A stretch of 64,000 bases of DNA from a virus. Numbering within the stretch: the first letter of the stretch is position 1; every line of letters starts with the position of its first letter. The position numbers and the translations under genes are program-made. The notes below the pieces were generated by a model. The model was not told the DNA's origin. It saw only the letters and a program-made list of their open reading frames with translations, and made no database searches. Below, in pieces: positions 52,381 to 62,765 of the stretch. The DNA is taken from IMG/VR virus record IMGVR_UViG_3300007735_000786, positions 1 through 64,000 of that record; one strand, 5' to 3'.

Positions 52381-53547
52381 TTAAACAGTGCCGTCATCAG
52401 AGACGTAGCTGAATGCAGTGGTAACGAAGTCCTTGTTCAAGGCTTCAAAACCAGCATACAGTTGCCAAATCAAGATGATGAAACGACTGAAGTCATCGTT
52501 GTTGTTGATGAGTACTTGAGCGTTAGGACCGCCAATACCAACACCAATTGCTTGAGGGCCAAAGAAGTAACCTTGTGCAACTTCCTGAGAAGCGTAGGTA
52601 CCAGATACGCCGTTAAAGGCTGTGGTAACGTTCTTGGTTGGGAAGTTCGTTGACTCATAGAACTTCACACCTTCAAACTGAACGCCAGTAGGCATTACAG
52701 GTTCACCAGCCAAGAAGTAAGCTTGACCAGCTTGGGGACCCATGAAGAAGCTGGCGTTGTTAGGCATCATGGGATTAGCCATGTACATGCCTTGACCGGG
52801 GTTACCGGCATAACGTGCAATCTCACGGAAGTCAGGGTCACGACGCAAGTGCATCATGAATGTAGGGTCGCAAATGCAACGATACAAACCATCAGCAAAA
52901 CTTGGTACGTTACGCTTACGTAAATCTTTAACTACAGTTAACAGGTCAGTAGATACATGGAACTGTTGAAGATCAGCTGTGTATTCAGCTGACTCATAAG
53001 AAATACGGCCAGAGGAATCTTTGGTTTTGTTACCAGCAAAGTAGTAACCACCTTGTGTTCCAGAAGCTTTACCATTAGCTTCAGTTTTAGCTAGTTCGTC
53101 AAGGAAGACGCGATCACGCCAACGACGATAGTCATCTAGCAGTGTGAGGCTACCGATAGATTGGTGGAACATATTCAAGTTACCTGTGTCCAGCAACATG
53201 CGCTGAGCGGTAACTAGAGTTTCACGAGCAATCTTAAAGGTTGAAGGTTGGGTAGGATCACCAGGGTCCGCAGGACCGGTGTACTCCTTAAGCACCACAA
53301 GGACTTTCTCCTTGGTGATGTTACGGCTATTAGCGGTACCAATGGTTTGGTCGGCAATACGCTCGCGGCTATCCTTAGTACCAGGGGTTCCCCAGAACTT
53401 GTAGCGGTCGAGTTGTACAGTTTGACCAGGTTGGCGTGTGAAGTCGTGGACGACCACGGGCTCAACAGCCATTTCCGCAATATAAGCAGGGTGGGGACGG
53501 TAAAGTTCCGCACCTAGAATCTTTGGAAAATCGTTATCAATGAACAC
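52381..53547 (-). CDS. major capsid protein
   Basis: 388 aa, PGQTVQL, Y.CICDP....L..D, G..FEGVKF.ES, DDF.R....W...G; strong SD; biased codons; follows portal and scaffold. Confidence 0.85.
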   Translation of the reverse strand: MFIDNDFPKILGAELYRPHPAYIAEMAVEPVVVHDFTRQPGQTVQLDRYKFWGTPGTKDSRERIADQTIGTANSRNITKEKVLVVLKEYTGPADPGDPTQPSTFKIARETLVTAQRMLLDTGNLNMFHQSIGSLTLLDDYRRWRDRVFLDELAKTEANGKASGTQGGYYFAGNKTKDSSGRISYESAEYTADLQQFHVSTDLLTVVKDLRKRNVPSFADGLYRCICDPTFMMHLRRDPDFREIARYAGNPGQGMYMANPMMPNNASFFMGPQAGQAYFLAGEPVMPTGVQFEGVKFYESTNFPTKNVTTAFNGVSGTYASQEVAQGYFFGPQAIGVGIGGPNAQVLINNNDDFSRFIILIWQLYAGFEALNKDFVTTAFSYVSDDGTV

Positions 53548-53664
53548 TTTGTTTTATCCTCCAGTTCTCGGGGAATGTTTTTACAGGGTGAAAGATTCAG
53601 ACATTATATGTCTTATCTAACATGATTTTAACAGCTTGTAATTTATTCATTACAAGCTGATGTA

Positions 53665-54660
53665 TTACTCCATTACAAACAATTTGTTTGCAACAGTTTG
53701 AGGTTGTGCTTGATTCAAAATGCGCCAAGCATTTTGTGGATCACGTGTCATTGTGTCGTTAAATTCACCCCAGAAATTACCAGGGGCTTGAGGAGCAGCA
53801 GCAGCAGGAGGTGCAGGGAACTGACCTACTTGTGAATAACCAGCAGGCTGAGTGGGATAACCACGAGTAGCTAGTTGCTCTTCATTTTCGTACACAGGAT
53901 AAGGACCTTCAGGACCGAAGAACTTAAGCGTGTAGTCGCTGAGTACATCAGGGTTAGTCAGAATCTCGTTATAGGCGAGGTTCTCCTGGTGCTCATTAAC
54001 GGCAAAGTTGGCGTAACCAGTAATACAGTTAGCTGCGCGGTTTCCCCATGCGACGGCGCTGTCCACCATTGCTTCCAGGTTTAGCGCGTAGTTGTTCAGG
54101 ACTGCCGGAGCTTCCATCCCGAACACGTCCAGAACCTGACGCGTTTCGTTGCTCAGATTGTAATAATCTGCTACCGCCGTATTTATCGCCTGCTGATCCT
54201 GAACCGCCGATGATGCCGTCGAGGAGGTTGGGGAAGAGTTGGGCAAGTAAGCCTGGTTGGCTTGCCAGGTCTGCGGAGCCGATTGTTGCGTAGCTTGGCT
54301 GTACGGAATTCCGTAATTGGCCGGGGTATACTGAGGTGCCGCTTGAGAGGGTTGACCCTGGAACGGGGATTGGACTGGTGCGCTCAGTAGCCCCACTACC
54401 TTGTTGAACGCCGACTCCCATGGGTTGCCCTGAGGTGCCGCCGGTTGGGATTGGGGGGCGTATTGAGTAGGGCTTGATTGGTAACTGGGGTTCGCCTGAG
54501 GTACCGCTTGGGGGTAACTCGTACCCACTTGATAAGCCTGAGGTGCTGCCTGGTAGCTGACCGGAGCTGCTTGAGGTGCTGCCACCACGTAGTTGCTCGG
54601 AGCGACGGCTGCTGGTACTTGGCTCATCTGTGGGATCGATTGGACGGTAGCGTCCTGCAT
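53665..54660 (-). CDS. scaffolding protein (putative)
   Basis: Q/A/P-rich, between portal and MCP; AGGAG SD. Confidence 0.7.
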   Translation of the reverse strand: MQDATVQSIPQMSQVPAAVAPSNYVVAAPQAAPVSYQAAPQAYQVGTSYPQAVPQANPSYQSSPTQYAPQSQPAAPQGNPWESAFNKVVGLLSAPVQSPFQGQPSQAAPQYTPANYGIPYSQATQQSAPQTWQANQAYLPNSSPTSSTASSAVQDQQAINTAVADYYNLSNETRQVLDVFGMEAPAVLNNYALNLEAMVDSAVAWGNRAANCITGYANFAVNEHQENLAYNEILTNPDVLSDYTLKFFGPEGPYPVYENEEQLATRGYPTQPAGYSQVGQFPAPPAAAAPQAPGNFWGEFNDTMTRDPQNAWRILNQAQPQTVANKLFVME

Positions 54661-56407
54661 AACTCATCTCCTTTTGTAATGCTTCTAATGTACGATACAG
54701 ATATGGAGTTAGATCCAATCTTGGATCCGCAGCCATCGGTAAGTCCGGTGATTGCGGGTGAGGAGTCTGCATCATACCCCCCACCAGGCGAGAGAATTGA
54801 GAGTATGCACTCTGTAATTCATTCACCATCCTGAACGGGAACCCAGATAACATCTCGGCCCGCTCCTCTTCCGTTTTTGAGGGGAAGAGGTATTTCAGTG
54901 CTTCAATGCTATCAACACCTAATTCCTGTAGGTTCCTAACAACAATTGAGTTGTTAAGAATATCTTGTGTTGAGTCTTCGTAAACAGGACCCATCCAACG
55001 CCATTGGAGCGTTACATCTCCATCTGGTATTAGTCCTAATACACCAGGTGGTATTTGTTGAGTCTTAAGACAAGCCATCATTATCTTCTTGACTTGATCT
55101 TCAAACATACGCATAGCTTCGTTATATGCTGCTGTGTCTTCATCCGTAGCTTGCTCGGGAAGTTCCAAAGGTCTTTCAATTCCTGCAGCCGCTGCTAATG
55201 TGTTACGGAATAAAGTTTCCTCTTGGAATAAGATAAGCTCTAAACAACGACATATCCCATATGTGTAAATAGCTGTTGCTTTTTTCTTTGCAGTGGCAGA
55301 TACCCTGCCAAATAATGATTTGTATTCTGTTGCAGTTACACCTGCAGATATAGATAGTTCATCTACACCACCGAGAGATGTACGTATTTCTTCTCGGTAT
55401 TGACGTGCAAAAGAATTTTGATCTCCTGTGATTGCATCTGGAACAATGTAACCAACACGATCATTAGGTTCAAGGTTTGCAATGATGCGTGGTACTCGGA
55501 GTTGTCCATCAATACCGCGATATATAGGATCAGATTTAAACTGAGATCTACTTAAAGGTCCTGCACCACCAAAGCCTGAGTTCGCTGCAATAGAAGGACG
55601 TTGCACAGTAGCAGTATCGCTACTAGATTCCATTAGGTCCGTTTTAGGACGAGAAGAAAGTAGAGTTGGGCTACCAAAGAAGGTAACATTCTTCCGCATG
55701 GTACGCACCAAGTCGTCATGCGTGCATATATGGTTGGCTAAGGCGTCAAATTCACCAACACCTTCCATTGAGAAGCCTTTGGTATTATTAAAGATTTCAA
55801 CACAAGGAATAAAGCCAAGCGTATTTTTAAGTGTGGTGGTACGCCCAGAGTTCATTTGATAGTTAGTATCAAATGATAGTTCTGCTTCCGAGTGTGTCTC
55901 TTCTATTGTTTTACGTTTAATCGAAAGACGAATGTAACGTTTAACTCCGCCTTGCCCCATGGAAACAGAACCTGTTACATCAGAAGATACAATGTCTTGT
56001 TGGTAGCCGAAACCTTGACGTATCTTGTAACTATAGATAATTACAACTTCGTCTAACTCGCCGTCAATGTTGTAGAAACTCCTATACTCATTACGTCTAA
56101 AGAAGTAAAGGCGATAATTGTTTTCTGTAGGACGTATATAAAAAAGACCTTGTCCATCACACAGGAAATAGTCCCAGATAGAATCTAAGCGTGTGTCTAT
56201 TTGATTGAATTTGATTACACGGTCGATAAAGTCTTTGCGTTGATTACCAAAGTTATCTTGAGCTGGAAAGAATTCAACACCCTGGCGGATGCCAAATAAC
56301 TTCATCTGTGCTAAGTGGGACGCAACAATACCGGTATCAACGGAAGCTCCTCCATCCTTCTCGATGTAGGAATCAACAATCTCTTTAAGCCGGGCTTTAG
56401 CGTCCAT
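54029..56407 (-). CDS. portal protein (putative)
   Basis: Size and position; N.LGFIPCVEI.N motif; low-complexity tail overlapping the next gene. Confidence 0.75.
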   Translation of the reverse strand: MDAKARLKEIVDSYIEKDGGASVDTGIVASHLAQMKLFGIRQGVEFFPAQDNFGNQRKDFIDRVIKFNQIDTRLDSIWDYFLCDGQGLFYIRPTENNYRLYFFRRNEYRSFYNIDGELDEVVIIYSYKIRQGFGYQQDIVSSDVTGSVSMGQGGVKRYIRLSIKRKTIEETHSEAELSFDTNYQMNSGRTTTLKNTLGFIPCVEIFNNTKGFSMEGVGEFDALANHICTHDDLVRTMRKNVTFFGSPTLLSSRPKTDLMESSSDTATVQRPSIAANSGFGGAGPLSRSQFKSDPIYRGIDGQLRVPRIIANLEPNDRVGYIVPDAITGDQNSFARQYREEIRTSLGGVDELSISAGVTATEYKSLFGRVSATAKKKATAIYTYGICRCLELILFQEETLFRNTLAAAAGIERPLELPEQATDEDTAAYNEAMRMFEDQVKKIMMACLKTQQIPPGVLGLIPDGDVTLQWRWMGPVYEDSTQDILNNSIVVRNLQELGVDSIEALKYLFPSKTEEERAEMLSGFPFRMVNELQSAYSQFSRLVGGMMQTPHPQSPDLPMAADPRLDLTPYLYRTLEALQKEMSYAGRYRPIDPTDEPSTSSRRSEQLRGGSTSSSSGQLPGSTSGLSSGYELPPSGTSGEPQLPIKPYSIRPPIPTGGTSGQPMGVGVQQGSGATERTSPIPVPGSTLSSGTSVYPGQLRNSVQPSYATIGSADLASQPGLLAQLFPNLLDGIIGGSGSAGDKYGGSRLLQSEQRNASGSGRVRDGSSGSPEQLRAKPGSNGGQRRRMGKPRS

Positions 56408-56438
56408 TAATTATTACCTTTGTTAAATGCTAGCAGAT

Positions 56439-57254
56439 TTAAGAGACATATTTATTGATAAATCCGTTTGGTAAAGAAGATTGATTTTCGCGAAGCTGCG
56501 CTAACATTTGTTCCATGCCATCGGGATCTTCAGTAAGATCTTGAGCAAGAGGAACAGATCCCTTTGGACGCACATTACCAGGACCTGCTGCACCACGATT
56601 AGGTAAGATTCCCCCTTGTCCGCCAAACGCGTCAGGGTAGTATTTAACGGGTGTACTAGGACCTTGGTTCTGTGCAAGTAAAGCTTCAAAAGGGTTTATT
56701 TCACTAGATGAACTACCACCTCTCATCATTTTTATTGCTTCTTCAGTTGCTCTTTTTCTTTCCATCATTCTCTCCCCTGTTTTAGTTCCTAATTCATCCA
56801 TGGTAGGCTTTTCTCCTGGCTTAAGTGGTTTAGATTTTCTACCAAAAATACCATCAAGTATTCCTGCTACTTCACCAAAAGGAGCTTCAGCTTGTGTAAA
56901 AGTTGAATTTGCAAGACCTCCCATATTACCCATTGGAAACTGACCTCCCATATTAGTGACCGCATTGGGAAGATTGCTAGAACCAAAAGCTAACGGGTTT
57001 TGATTCCCAAATTGACCTTCTGCTTTCTTTACAAAGCCAGGGAGATCTTCTCCTCCCCCTGGATTATTAAGAAGACGTTGACGTAATTTCTCACGCATTA
57101 CAGGATCATTGGCATTAGGTATTCCCTGTACGTCACGACCTGGTATTTTAGGGTAACTTAGATCATGATTAAAGCCGCCTGCTATAGCTTCCATGCCTTC
57201 AACATTGCCTAGTTCCGTACCGTAAAAACCACCTGGTTGCGATTGATAATACAT
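56439..57254 (-). CDS. hypothetical protein
   Basis: 271-aa G/P-rich ORF. Confidence 0.65.
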   Translation of the reverse strand: MYYQSQPGGFYGTELGNVEGMEAIAGGFNHDLSYPKIPGRDVQGIPNANDPVMREKLRQRLLNNPGGGEDLPGFVKKAEGQFGNQNPLAFGSSNLPNAVTNMGGQFPMGNMGGLANSTFTQAEAPFGEVAGILDGIFGRKSKPLKPGEKPTMDELGTKTGERMMERKRATEEAIKMMRGGSSSSEINPFEALLAQNQGPSTPVKYYPDAFGGQGGILPNRGAAGPGNVRPKGSVPLAQDLTEDPDGMEQMLAQLRENQSSLPNGFINKYVS

Positions 57255-57280
57255 CTATTTACTGCTTTAATTTTTATATT

Positions 57281-57463
57281 CTACTCTTCTATAACCTCAT
57301 AACCGCTTGAGTCATTTACTTTACTTAGAATGATGCCGTTACTACGTACATCCCAACTAAGCACATCATCCTCCTTCCAGCCCAACTCATCGATTACTTC
57401 TTCTGGAAACGTGATAAAGCAATCACCGTTTTCATCTTCTTGGACTTCAAGTACGTAGCTCAT
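57281..57463 (-). CDS. AbrB/MazE-like DNA-binding protein
   Basis: GD.FI.FP.E....LGW.E.D.L.W. Confidence 0.7.
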   Translation of the reverse strand: MSYVLEVQEDENGDCFITFPEEVIDELGWKEDDVLSWDVRSNGIILSKVNDSSGYEVIEE

Positions 57464-57753
57464 TTTGCTAAAAGCTTTTCAATTAGCTTATCAAGCTTAT
57501 TGTTAATTTGTCTAAAATTACTATGCATTTCTGTAATCTCGTGTAAGAAATCAACCTTTAGTACGTAATCCATTGGTAAACGCTTTACTTCATCTTCTAG
57601 ATTATCGATCCTACGTCTCTGTGTGTTGATGTGTTCCACGCCTTGTTGGATCCTCTCCGTTTGACGGGACAACAGTTTGTTAGCCACCCAGGAACCACCT
57701 GTGATCGCTGAAATGACCGCAGTCAAAAAGATGGCAGCGTATTCCGGACCCAA
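57460..57753 (-). CDS. membrane-anchored coiled-coil protein
   Basis: N-terminal hydrophobic helix, LP..YVLK.D, I..KLDKL. Confidence 0.7.
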   Translation of the reverse strand: MGPEYAAIFLTAVISAITGGSWVANKLLSRQTERIQQGVEHINTQRRRIDNLEDEVKRLPMDYVLKVDFLHEITEMHSNFRQINNKLDKLIEKLLAK

Positions 57754-57784
57754 GGTTTTAGATTTCTTTCCTTTAGTTTACAAT

Positions 57785-57813
57785 AAAAAACCCGACCGTG
57801 TTAGCAGTCGGGT
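57785..57813 (-). terminator. intrinsic terminator after psbA
   Basis: ACCCGAC...GTCGGGT followed by a T run. Confidence 0.8.
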
Positions 57814-57832
57814 AGATAATTTTATTTTAAAT

Positions 57833-58912
57833 TTAACTTAAGGCCGGAGCCTTTAGTGCTACAAGAACAGACTCAGTTGTAGCAAGGTCAAGAGGAAAGT
57901 TATGTGCATTACGCTCATGCATAACCTCGAAGCCTAGGCCAGCTCTGTTAAGAATATCAGCCCAAGTAGGCACCACACGATTCTGGCTATCAACAATAGA
58001 TTGATTGAAGTTAAAACCATTTAAGTTAAATGCCATGGTTGATACACCAAGCGCAGCAAACCATATACCAATCACAGGCCAAGCGGCAAGAAAGAAATGA
58101 AGACTACGACTATTGTTAAAGCTGGCATACTGGAAAATAAGTCTTCCAAAATAGCCGTGTGCTGCAACGATGTTGTAGGTCTCTTCTTCTTGACCAAACT
58201 TGTAGCCATAGTTTTGAGATACGTCTTCAGTCGTCTCACGTACCAATGAGGATGTGACGAGAGAACCATGCATAGCACTGAATAACGATCCACCAAAAAT
58301 CCCAGCTACACCTAACATGTGAAAAGGGTGCATAAGGATGTTATGCTCAGCCTGGAATACAAACATGTAGTTAAAGGTTCCTGATATACCAAGAGGCATT
58401 GCATCAGAAAACGAACCTTGACCAAAGGGGTAAATCAGGAATACAGCAGTTGCTGCAGCTACTGGTGCGGAGTACGCAACACAGATCCAGGGACGCATCC
58501 CTAATCTATAGCTAAGTTCCCACTCTCGTCCCATGTAAGCAAAGATGCCAATGAGGAAGTGGAAGATGACGAGCTGAAAGGGACCCCCGTTGTAGAGCCA
58601 CTCGTCAAGCGAAGAAGCTTCCCAAATTGAATAGAAATGTAAGCCGATTGCATTGCTGCTGGGCACAACGGCTCCGCTGATGATGTTGTTTCCGTATAGG
58701 AGGGATCCAGCAACAGGTTCACGAATGCCATCGATATCAACGGGTGGAGCAGCAATAAAAGCAATGATAAAACAAATGGTGGCGGCCAGTAGGCAAGGGA
58801 TCATAAGTACACCAAACCAACCGACATAAAGACGATTTTCAGTGCCTGTAACCCACTTACAAAACTGATCCCACCCAGCCACGCTAGAACGTGGAGCAAG
58901 AGTAGAAACCAT
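57833..58912 (-). CDS. psbA: photosystem II reaction centre protein D1
   Basis: [65 protein letters not shown]; 359 aa. Confidence 0.99.
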   Translation of the reverse strand: MVSTLAPRSSVAGWDQFCKWVTGTENRLYVGWFGVLMIPCLLAATICFIIAFIAAPPVDIDGIREPVAGSLLYGNNIISGAVVPSSNAIGLHFYSIWEASSLDEWLYNGGPFQLVIFHFLIGIFAYMGREWELSYRLGMRPWICVAYSAPVAAATAVFLIYPFGQGSFSDAMPLGISGTFNYMFVFQAEHNILMHPFHMLGVAGIFGGSLFSAMHGSLVTSSLVRETTEDVSQNYGYKFGQEEETYNIVAAHGYFGRLIFQYASFNNSRSLHFFLAAWPVIGIWFAALGVSTMAFNLNGFNFNQSIVDSQNRVVPTWADILNRAGLGFEVMHERNAHNFPLDLATTESVLVALKAPALS

Positions 58913-58936
58913 GAGGACGTTAAGAAACATGTAGAT

Positions 58937-58956
58937 ATGTGAGGAATTCCTCACAT
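58937..58956 (-). promoter_or_regulatory. 20-bp perfect palindrome in psbA leader
   Basis: ATGTGAGGAATTCCTCACAT directly downstream of TAGAAT (58961-58966, -). Confidence 0.65.
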
Positions 58957-59021
58957 TTTTATTCTATATGTTAAGATCTACTGCTGTAACTAATTTTTAT
59001 AATTTTATAAAGTCTTTAGAA

Positions 59022-61685
59022 TTAAAAGTCTAGGTGTAATTGACCTTTCCGTGCTAGACCGTTAACTAACCACACAAGGGCATCCGCACAATCATCATGA
59101 CTACTTACGCCGAAGTTCGTGAGTTCCTCGAAGAGATTTGTGAAGTTCCTAAATCGATTAAAGATTATTTTTCTATCTTCAAACATGCCCATAATGCCGC
59201 GAAACCTTGCAAGCTTATCTGCACGGAAACCTTTGACAGGATGCCACAAGATGTTGTAGAGACCTTCTTGATTTAAACAAACTCTTTTAAAGTCTGCTTC
59301 CAAGGACGCCTGGTACTGTACAGCTTCAGACCATATGTCAACTGTTGCGAAAGTCGGGAAATAATTATTGTTTTCATCTTTACCGAGAATAGACCAGTCG
59401 TTAAGAAGTTCTTTAAGCACATCAAGTTTTTCCAGGTTTCCCATGACTCGTATTCGTCTGTAATCAATAATATGAATTTGATCGCCGATACGTCCACCTA
59501 GTACCATAACGGTGTAATCATTCTTTTCTTTAACACCAGCAGATAGATCAACACCCACACCAAGAGTATCAAACTCCGTTGCAATTTCTGCTTTAACTAT
59601 TAGTTCTGGTGCTAAGGAAAGTTCGTTTTGTCTAATAATTTGATTCATGTACTGAAAAGAAAAAGCGATAGGTGCCTGTCGTTTTTTTTCCTTTAGGTAT
59701 TCCAAAGACCACATTTCAGGCCAGTAGGATTCTTCTTCTCCTGTTATAAGATTGTTCCTAATTGCAGGAAGAACAATCTGCATCCAATTATTTTGTTCAT
59801 TAAAAGTTGTCGCATGAATGTCATCATGTCGGAAGCGTGTACCAAGACATATTGCTCGTGCGCCTTCAAACATCGTAGGTGCGATCACAGCATTCCAGTT
59901 CTCTTGCATTTGTTTTCTAATGTCTGGATTTGAGATATCTGCCGAACTTTTTATGGCGTCATCTATCATTACTAAATGAGATCGTTTGGAAGTAACTGAA
60001 CCTTTAAGTCCTGCAGCACAAAGTGTAAACTGTTCATCACCAGTTGTGTCAATACCTGCAAAACGATGATCTATTGACCAATACTCATTACTGGTTACAT
60101 TTTTCATTAGGCGTACAGTAGGGAAAACTTCTTGGTATCGCTTGCTTTCAATGATGCGTTTGATAGTAGCACTTTTGGATCGTGCAATATCAACTGTGTA
60201 TGACAAGTAAAGAATCTGTAGAGGACGTTTAGCTTTAGTATGAATACCAATAGCCCATGCCGTAAGCAAACCCAAGACTGTGCTTTTGGCCGAATTTTTA
60301 CTGACAATATAATCTTTTGTTAAGAATGTATGACACTCATCCTGAACTTCTATGCAACGTACCTTCTCTTCAAACGATGGTTTAATATCTACAATGCCAC
60401 GGCAAGGAAGGTATTTAGTACAGGGAGCATACCTCAGTGCTTTACGCTCCAGAAAGAAGGGTCTGATCTCAGGGTTTAATTTTATTCCTACTTTATAAGA
60501 AGGTGTTGTTGTACGGGTTTTTACTCCGTTAGGCAGCGTATAAGAATTAAACTGTGCACTATGTCTAGTTGCAATACCTCCTAATGATTGAACTAATTCA
60601 ATGATGTCCTCTACCAGTTGTTGAGATGTAGTACAAAAAGAAACAGAACCAGAACTAGATACCGTGCCGTCCGTATCGAGTAAACCTTGTAGCAACGCCT
60701 CACGATCAGCAACAGAAGAAAGTAAGTATTCTTTTGGGATAAATTTTGATACTGATGTTTTTCCATACAAGCCAAGCTTTTCAAGATTTCCTTTCACAGG
60801 ATTTGGTGTTCCAGAAAAAAGGCTGCCTTTAACATGTGAAATACGATAACCGTACTTAGAAGCTTTTTTGAACGTGTAGTCTTTAGGTAAAAGTTGAGCG
60901 CAACGTTCAATCAATTCTGAATCAGCGCTAGTTATTGTTAAGTTTCCACTGCTTAAGGAACCATCTCCAATTAAAACACCAAGTAAATATGGATCAATTA
61001 AAAGTTCTTTTTCTGGATACTGAACTGGTTCCGTCACGGGAATATAGTAACGAGCGTAGCCCCTGCTGTCCAACCAAGGTTTTTCTTCCTGTGAACAAGT
61101 TGTAGTAATACGTTGACTTGAAGAATCATCTTTACCGTCTCTTTTTATTCCACTTGTTTTTTGTGTACGTATTTCATTAAGAGACATAACACGCCATTCA
61201 CCTTTGGCATCAGAACTTACGCGCCGCACCTTCCATAGGTGTTGATCGTCACAACGTACGGATGAACCATCTGTATAGGATATTTCCCACGTTGGAGACA
61301 ATGCATAATCAGATATATTAATTACTTCTGTAACTTGCCCCTTCTCAGAAAAAACTAAATCACCTAATTGTAAATCACCAATTGGCACCCATCCGTTAGG
61401 AGTTGCTACTGGCATTGAAACAGCAAGTGGCCCCCTTGGTGCCAATAGGTCGACGTTTGGTCCAGCAATGTGTAAAAGGCAACTACTGTCTTCTTCTGTT
61501 ATGAAATGTTTATGCCATTCCAAGTGGTGTTCAGCAGGAGGCTTGTCGGCTACATATTCACAAAAGAAGCCAAAGTCTTCTTGCGCAAGCTTAAGAGCAT
61601 CTACATTCTTGGGTATACGTATTTGTTGATTTTTAGCAGCAGCTTTTGCATTACGTCGATAAGCAAGGTGTGTATAGCTAGGCAC
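59022..61685 (-). CDS. terL: terminase large subunit with intein
   Basis: Walker A APRG/SAKST split by intein, Walker B VMIDD, GTRFRHDD, GVD, HDDCADA nuclease motif. Confidence 0.93.
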   Translation of the reverse strand: MPSYTHLAYRRNAKAAAKNQQIRIPKNVDALKLAQEDFGFFCEYVADKPPAEHHLEWHKHFITEEDSSCLLHIAGPNVDLLAPRGPLAVSMPVATPNGWVPIGDLQLGDLVFSEKGQVTEVINISDYALSPTWEISYTDGSSVRCDDQHLWKVRRVSSDAKGEWRVMSLNEIRTQKTSGIKRDGKDDSSSQRITTTCSQEEKPWLDSRGYARYYIPVTEPVQYPEKELLIDPYLLGVLIGDGSLSSGNLTITSADSELIERCAQLLPKDYTFKKASKYGYRISHVKGSLFSGTPNPVKGNLEKLGLYGKTSVSKFIPKEYLLSSVADREALLQGLLDTDGTVSSSGSVSFCTTSQQLVEDIIELVQSLGGIATRHSAQFNSYTLPNGVKTRTTTPSYKVGIKLNPEIRPFFLERKALRYAPCTKYLPCRGIVDIKPSFEEKVRCIEVQDECHTFLTKDYIVSKNSAKSTVLGLLTAWAIGIHTKAKRPLQILYLSYTVDIARSKSATIKRIIESKRYQEVFPTVRLMKNVTSNEYWSIDHRFAGIDTTGDEQFTLCAAGLKGSVTSKRSHLVMIDDAIKSSADISNPDIRKQMQENWNAVIAPTMFEGARAICLGTRFRHDDIHATTFNEQNNWMQIVLPAIRNNLITGEEESYWPEMWSLEYLKEKKRQAPIAFSFQYMNQIIRQNELSLAPELIVKAEIATEFDTLGVGVDLSAGVKEKNDYTVMVLGGRIGDQIHIIDYRRIRVMGNLEKLDVLKELLNDWSILGKDENNNYFPTFATVDIWSEAVQYQASLEADFKRVCLNQEGLYNILWHPVKGFRADKLARFRGIMGMFEDRKIIFNRFRNFTNLFEELTNFGVSSHDDCADALVWLVNGLARKGQLHLDF
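60294..61430 (-). mobile_element. class 3 intein with LAGLIDADG endonuclease (379 aa)
   Basis: Starts with Pro (PLAVSMPV), block B QHLW, block F VRCIEV, ends IVSKN|S; LLGVLIGDG and LQGLLDTDG motifs. Confidence 0.88.
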
Positions 61686-61763
61686 AAAAATGTTTCAGGT
61701 TTAATGCATACTAAACCAAAACACGTTTTAATTGCTGTCTAAAAGTAAAAATTTTTATTTTTA

Positions 61764-62765
61764 CTAGGCATATGCACCAAACGCATTCCATGACCCACGT
61801 CTAAATGGTTCTTCTTCTTGTGGCATATCTTCACCAAATGCATTTCTTGACCCACGTCTAGTTGGTTCTTCCTGTTGTAGCATATATTCACCAAATGCAT
61901 CCCCTAATCCACCTCCTCTTAGTTGTTCACTTGCGTCTGCTCCCATATGATCACCTAACCCAGTACCACGTCTATAGGGTATTCCTGTTGGTATTGGTTT
62001 GTCTTTATTACGTAAAGCATCTTTATCTAATTTTTCTATCCACGTTTCTACTGTAGGTGCACTTGGCTTATAGACAGCTGCTATATCTTCATTTTTGTTA
62101 TTGATTGCTTCTGTTTGTGCTTGATTCTTATAAGCTTCTAAAAACTCATTTGCTTTTGTTTGTGGTGTAGTGCGTACGTTTTCTTCTTCTTGTGGCATAT
62201 ATTCACCAAATGCATTCCCTGACCCACGTCTAAGTGGTTCTTCTTCTTGTGGCATATATTCACCAAATGCACTTCTTGACCCACGCATAGGTGGTTCTTC
62301 TTCTTGTGGCATATATTCACCAAATGCACTTCTTGACCCACGCATAGGTGGTTCTTCTACCCGAGACACCGTGTTATTTTTAGATATTTTATTCAGTAAT
62401 TCTTGAAATGCATCTTCCTTTTGAGGTTGTTTTTCTTTTTCAGGAAGTGTAGGTGTAATAGAAAAACCAGGGGTGAGTATTAATTCTGATCCATAATCAT
62501 TAACACCTTGACGAGCTAAATTGGCGGCATCGAAATCTGCTCTTTTTTTTGATGCCTGGGCCTTATCATCGGCTATTTGTAGAAGCTCTCTTTGCCTACG
62601 TAATTCAGGAGGTTCAGCGTTTAAAAAGTTTTGATAAGCGTTTTCTAGACCAACAGCTTCTAATGCCGCAGGATTACTCTCTTGAACAATAAATTTTTTT
62701 ACTAGTTCAGGCGACATTCCATATGTAGCATAGCCATAACCAGTACCTGTGCTCGGATTTCCCAT
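61764..62765 (-). CDS. hypothetical protein with 19-aa repeats
   Basis: RGS..AFGEYMPQEEEP repeats. Confidence 0.7.
   Translation of the reverse strand: MGNPSTGTGYGYATYGMSPELVKKFIVQESNPAALEAVGLENAYQNFLNAEPPELRRQRELLQIADDKAQASKKRADFDAANLARQGVNDYGSELILTPGFSITPTLPEKEKQPQKEDAFQELLNKISKNNTVSRVEEPPMRGSRSAFGEYMPQEEEPPMRGSRSAFGEYMPQEEEPLRRGSGNAFGEYMPQEEENVRTTPQTKANEFLEAYKNQAQTEAINNKNEDIAAVYKPSAPTVETWIEKLDKDALRNKDKPIPTGIPYRRGTGLGDHMGADASEQLRGGGLGDAFGEYMLQQEEPTRRGSRNAFGEDMPQEEEPFRRGSWNAFGAYA
62181..62358. repeat. 57-nt tandem repeat (~3 copies; further copies at ~61776-61905)
   Basis: TTCTTCTTGTGGCATATATTCACCAAATGCA...GACCCACG unit. Confidence 0.85.

Noticed and set aside
58913-58954. N-terminal extension of D1 from the ORF track
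   Set aside because: The upstream GTG lies in the leader palindrome; ATG 58912 gives the normal 359-aa length
61776-62358. CRISPR array
   Set aside because: Repeats are contiguous, in frame and lack unique spacers; no cas genes
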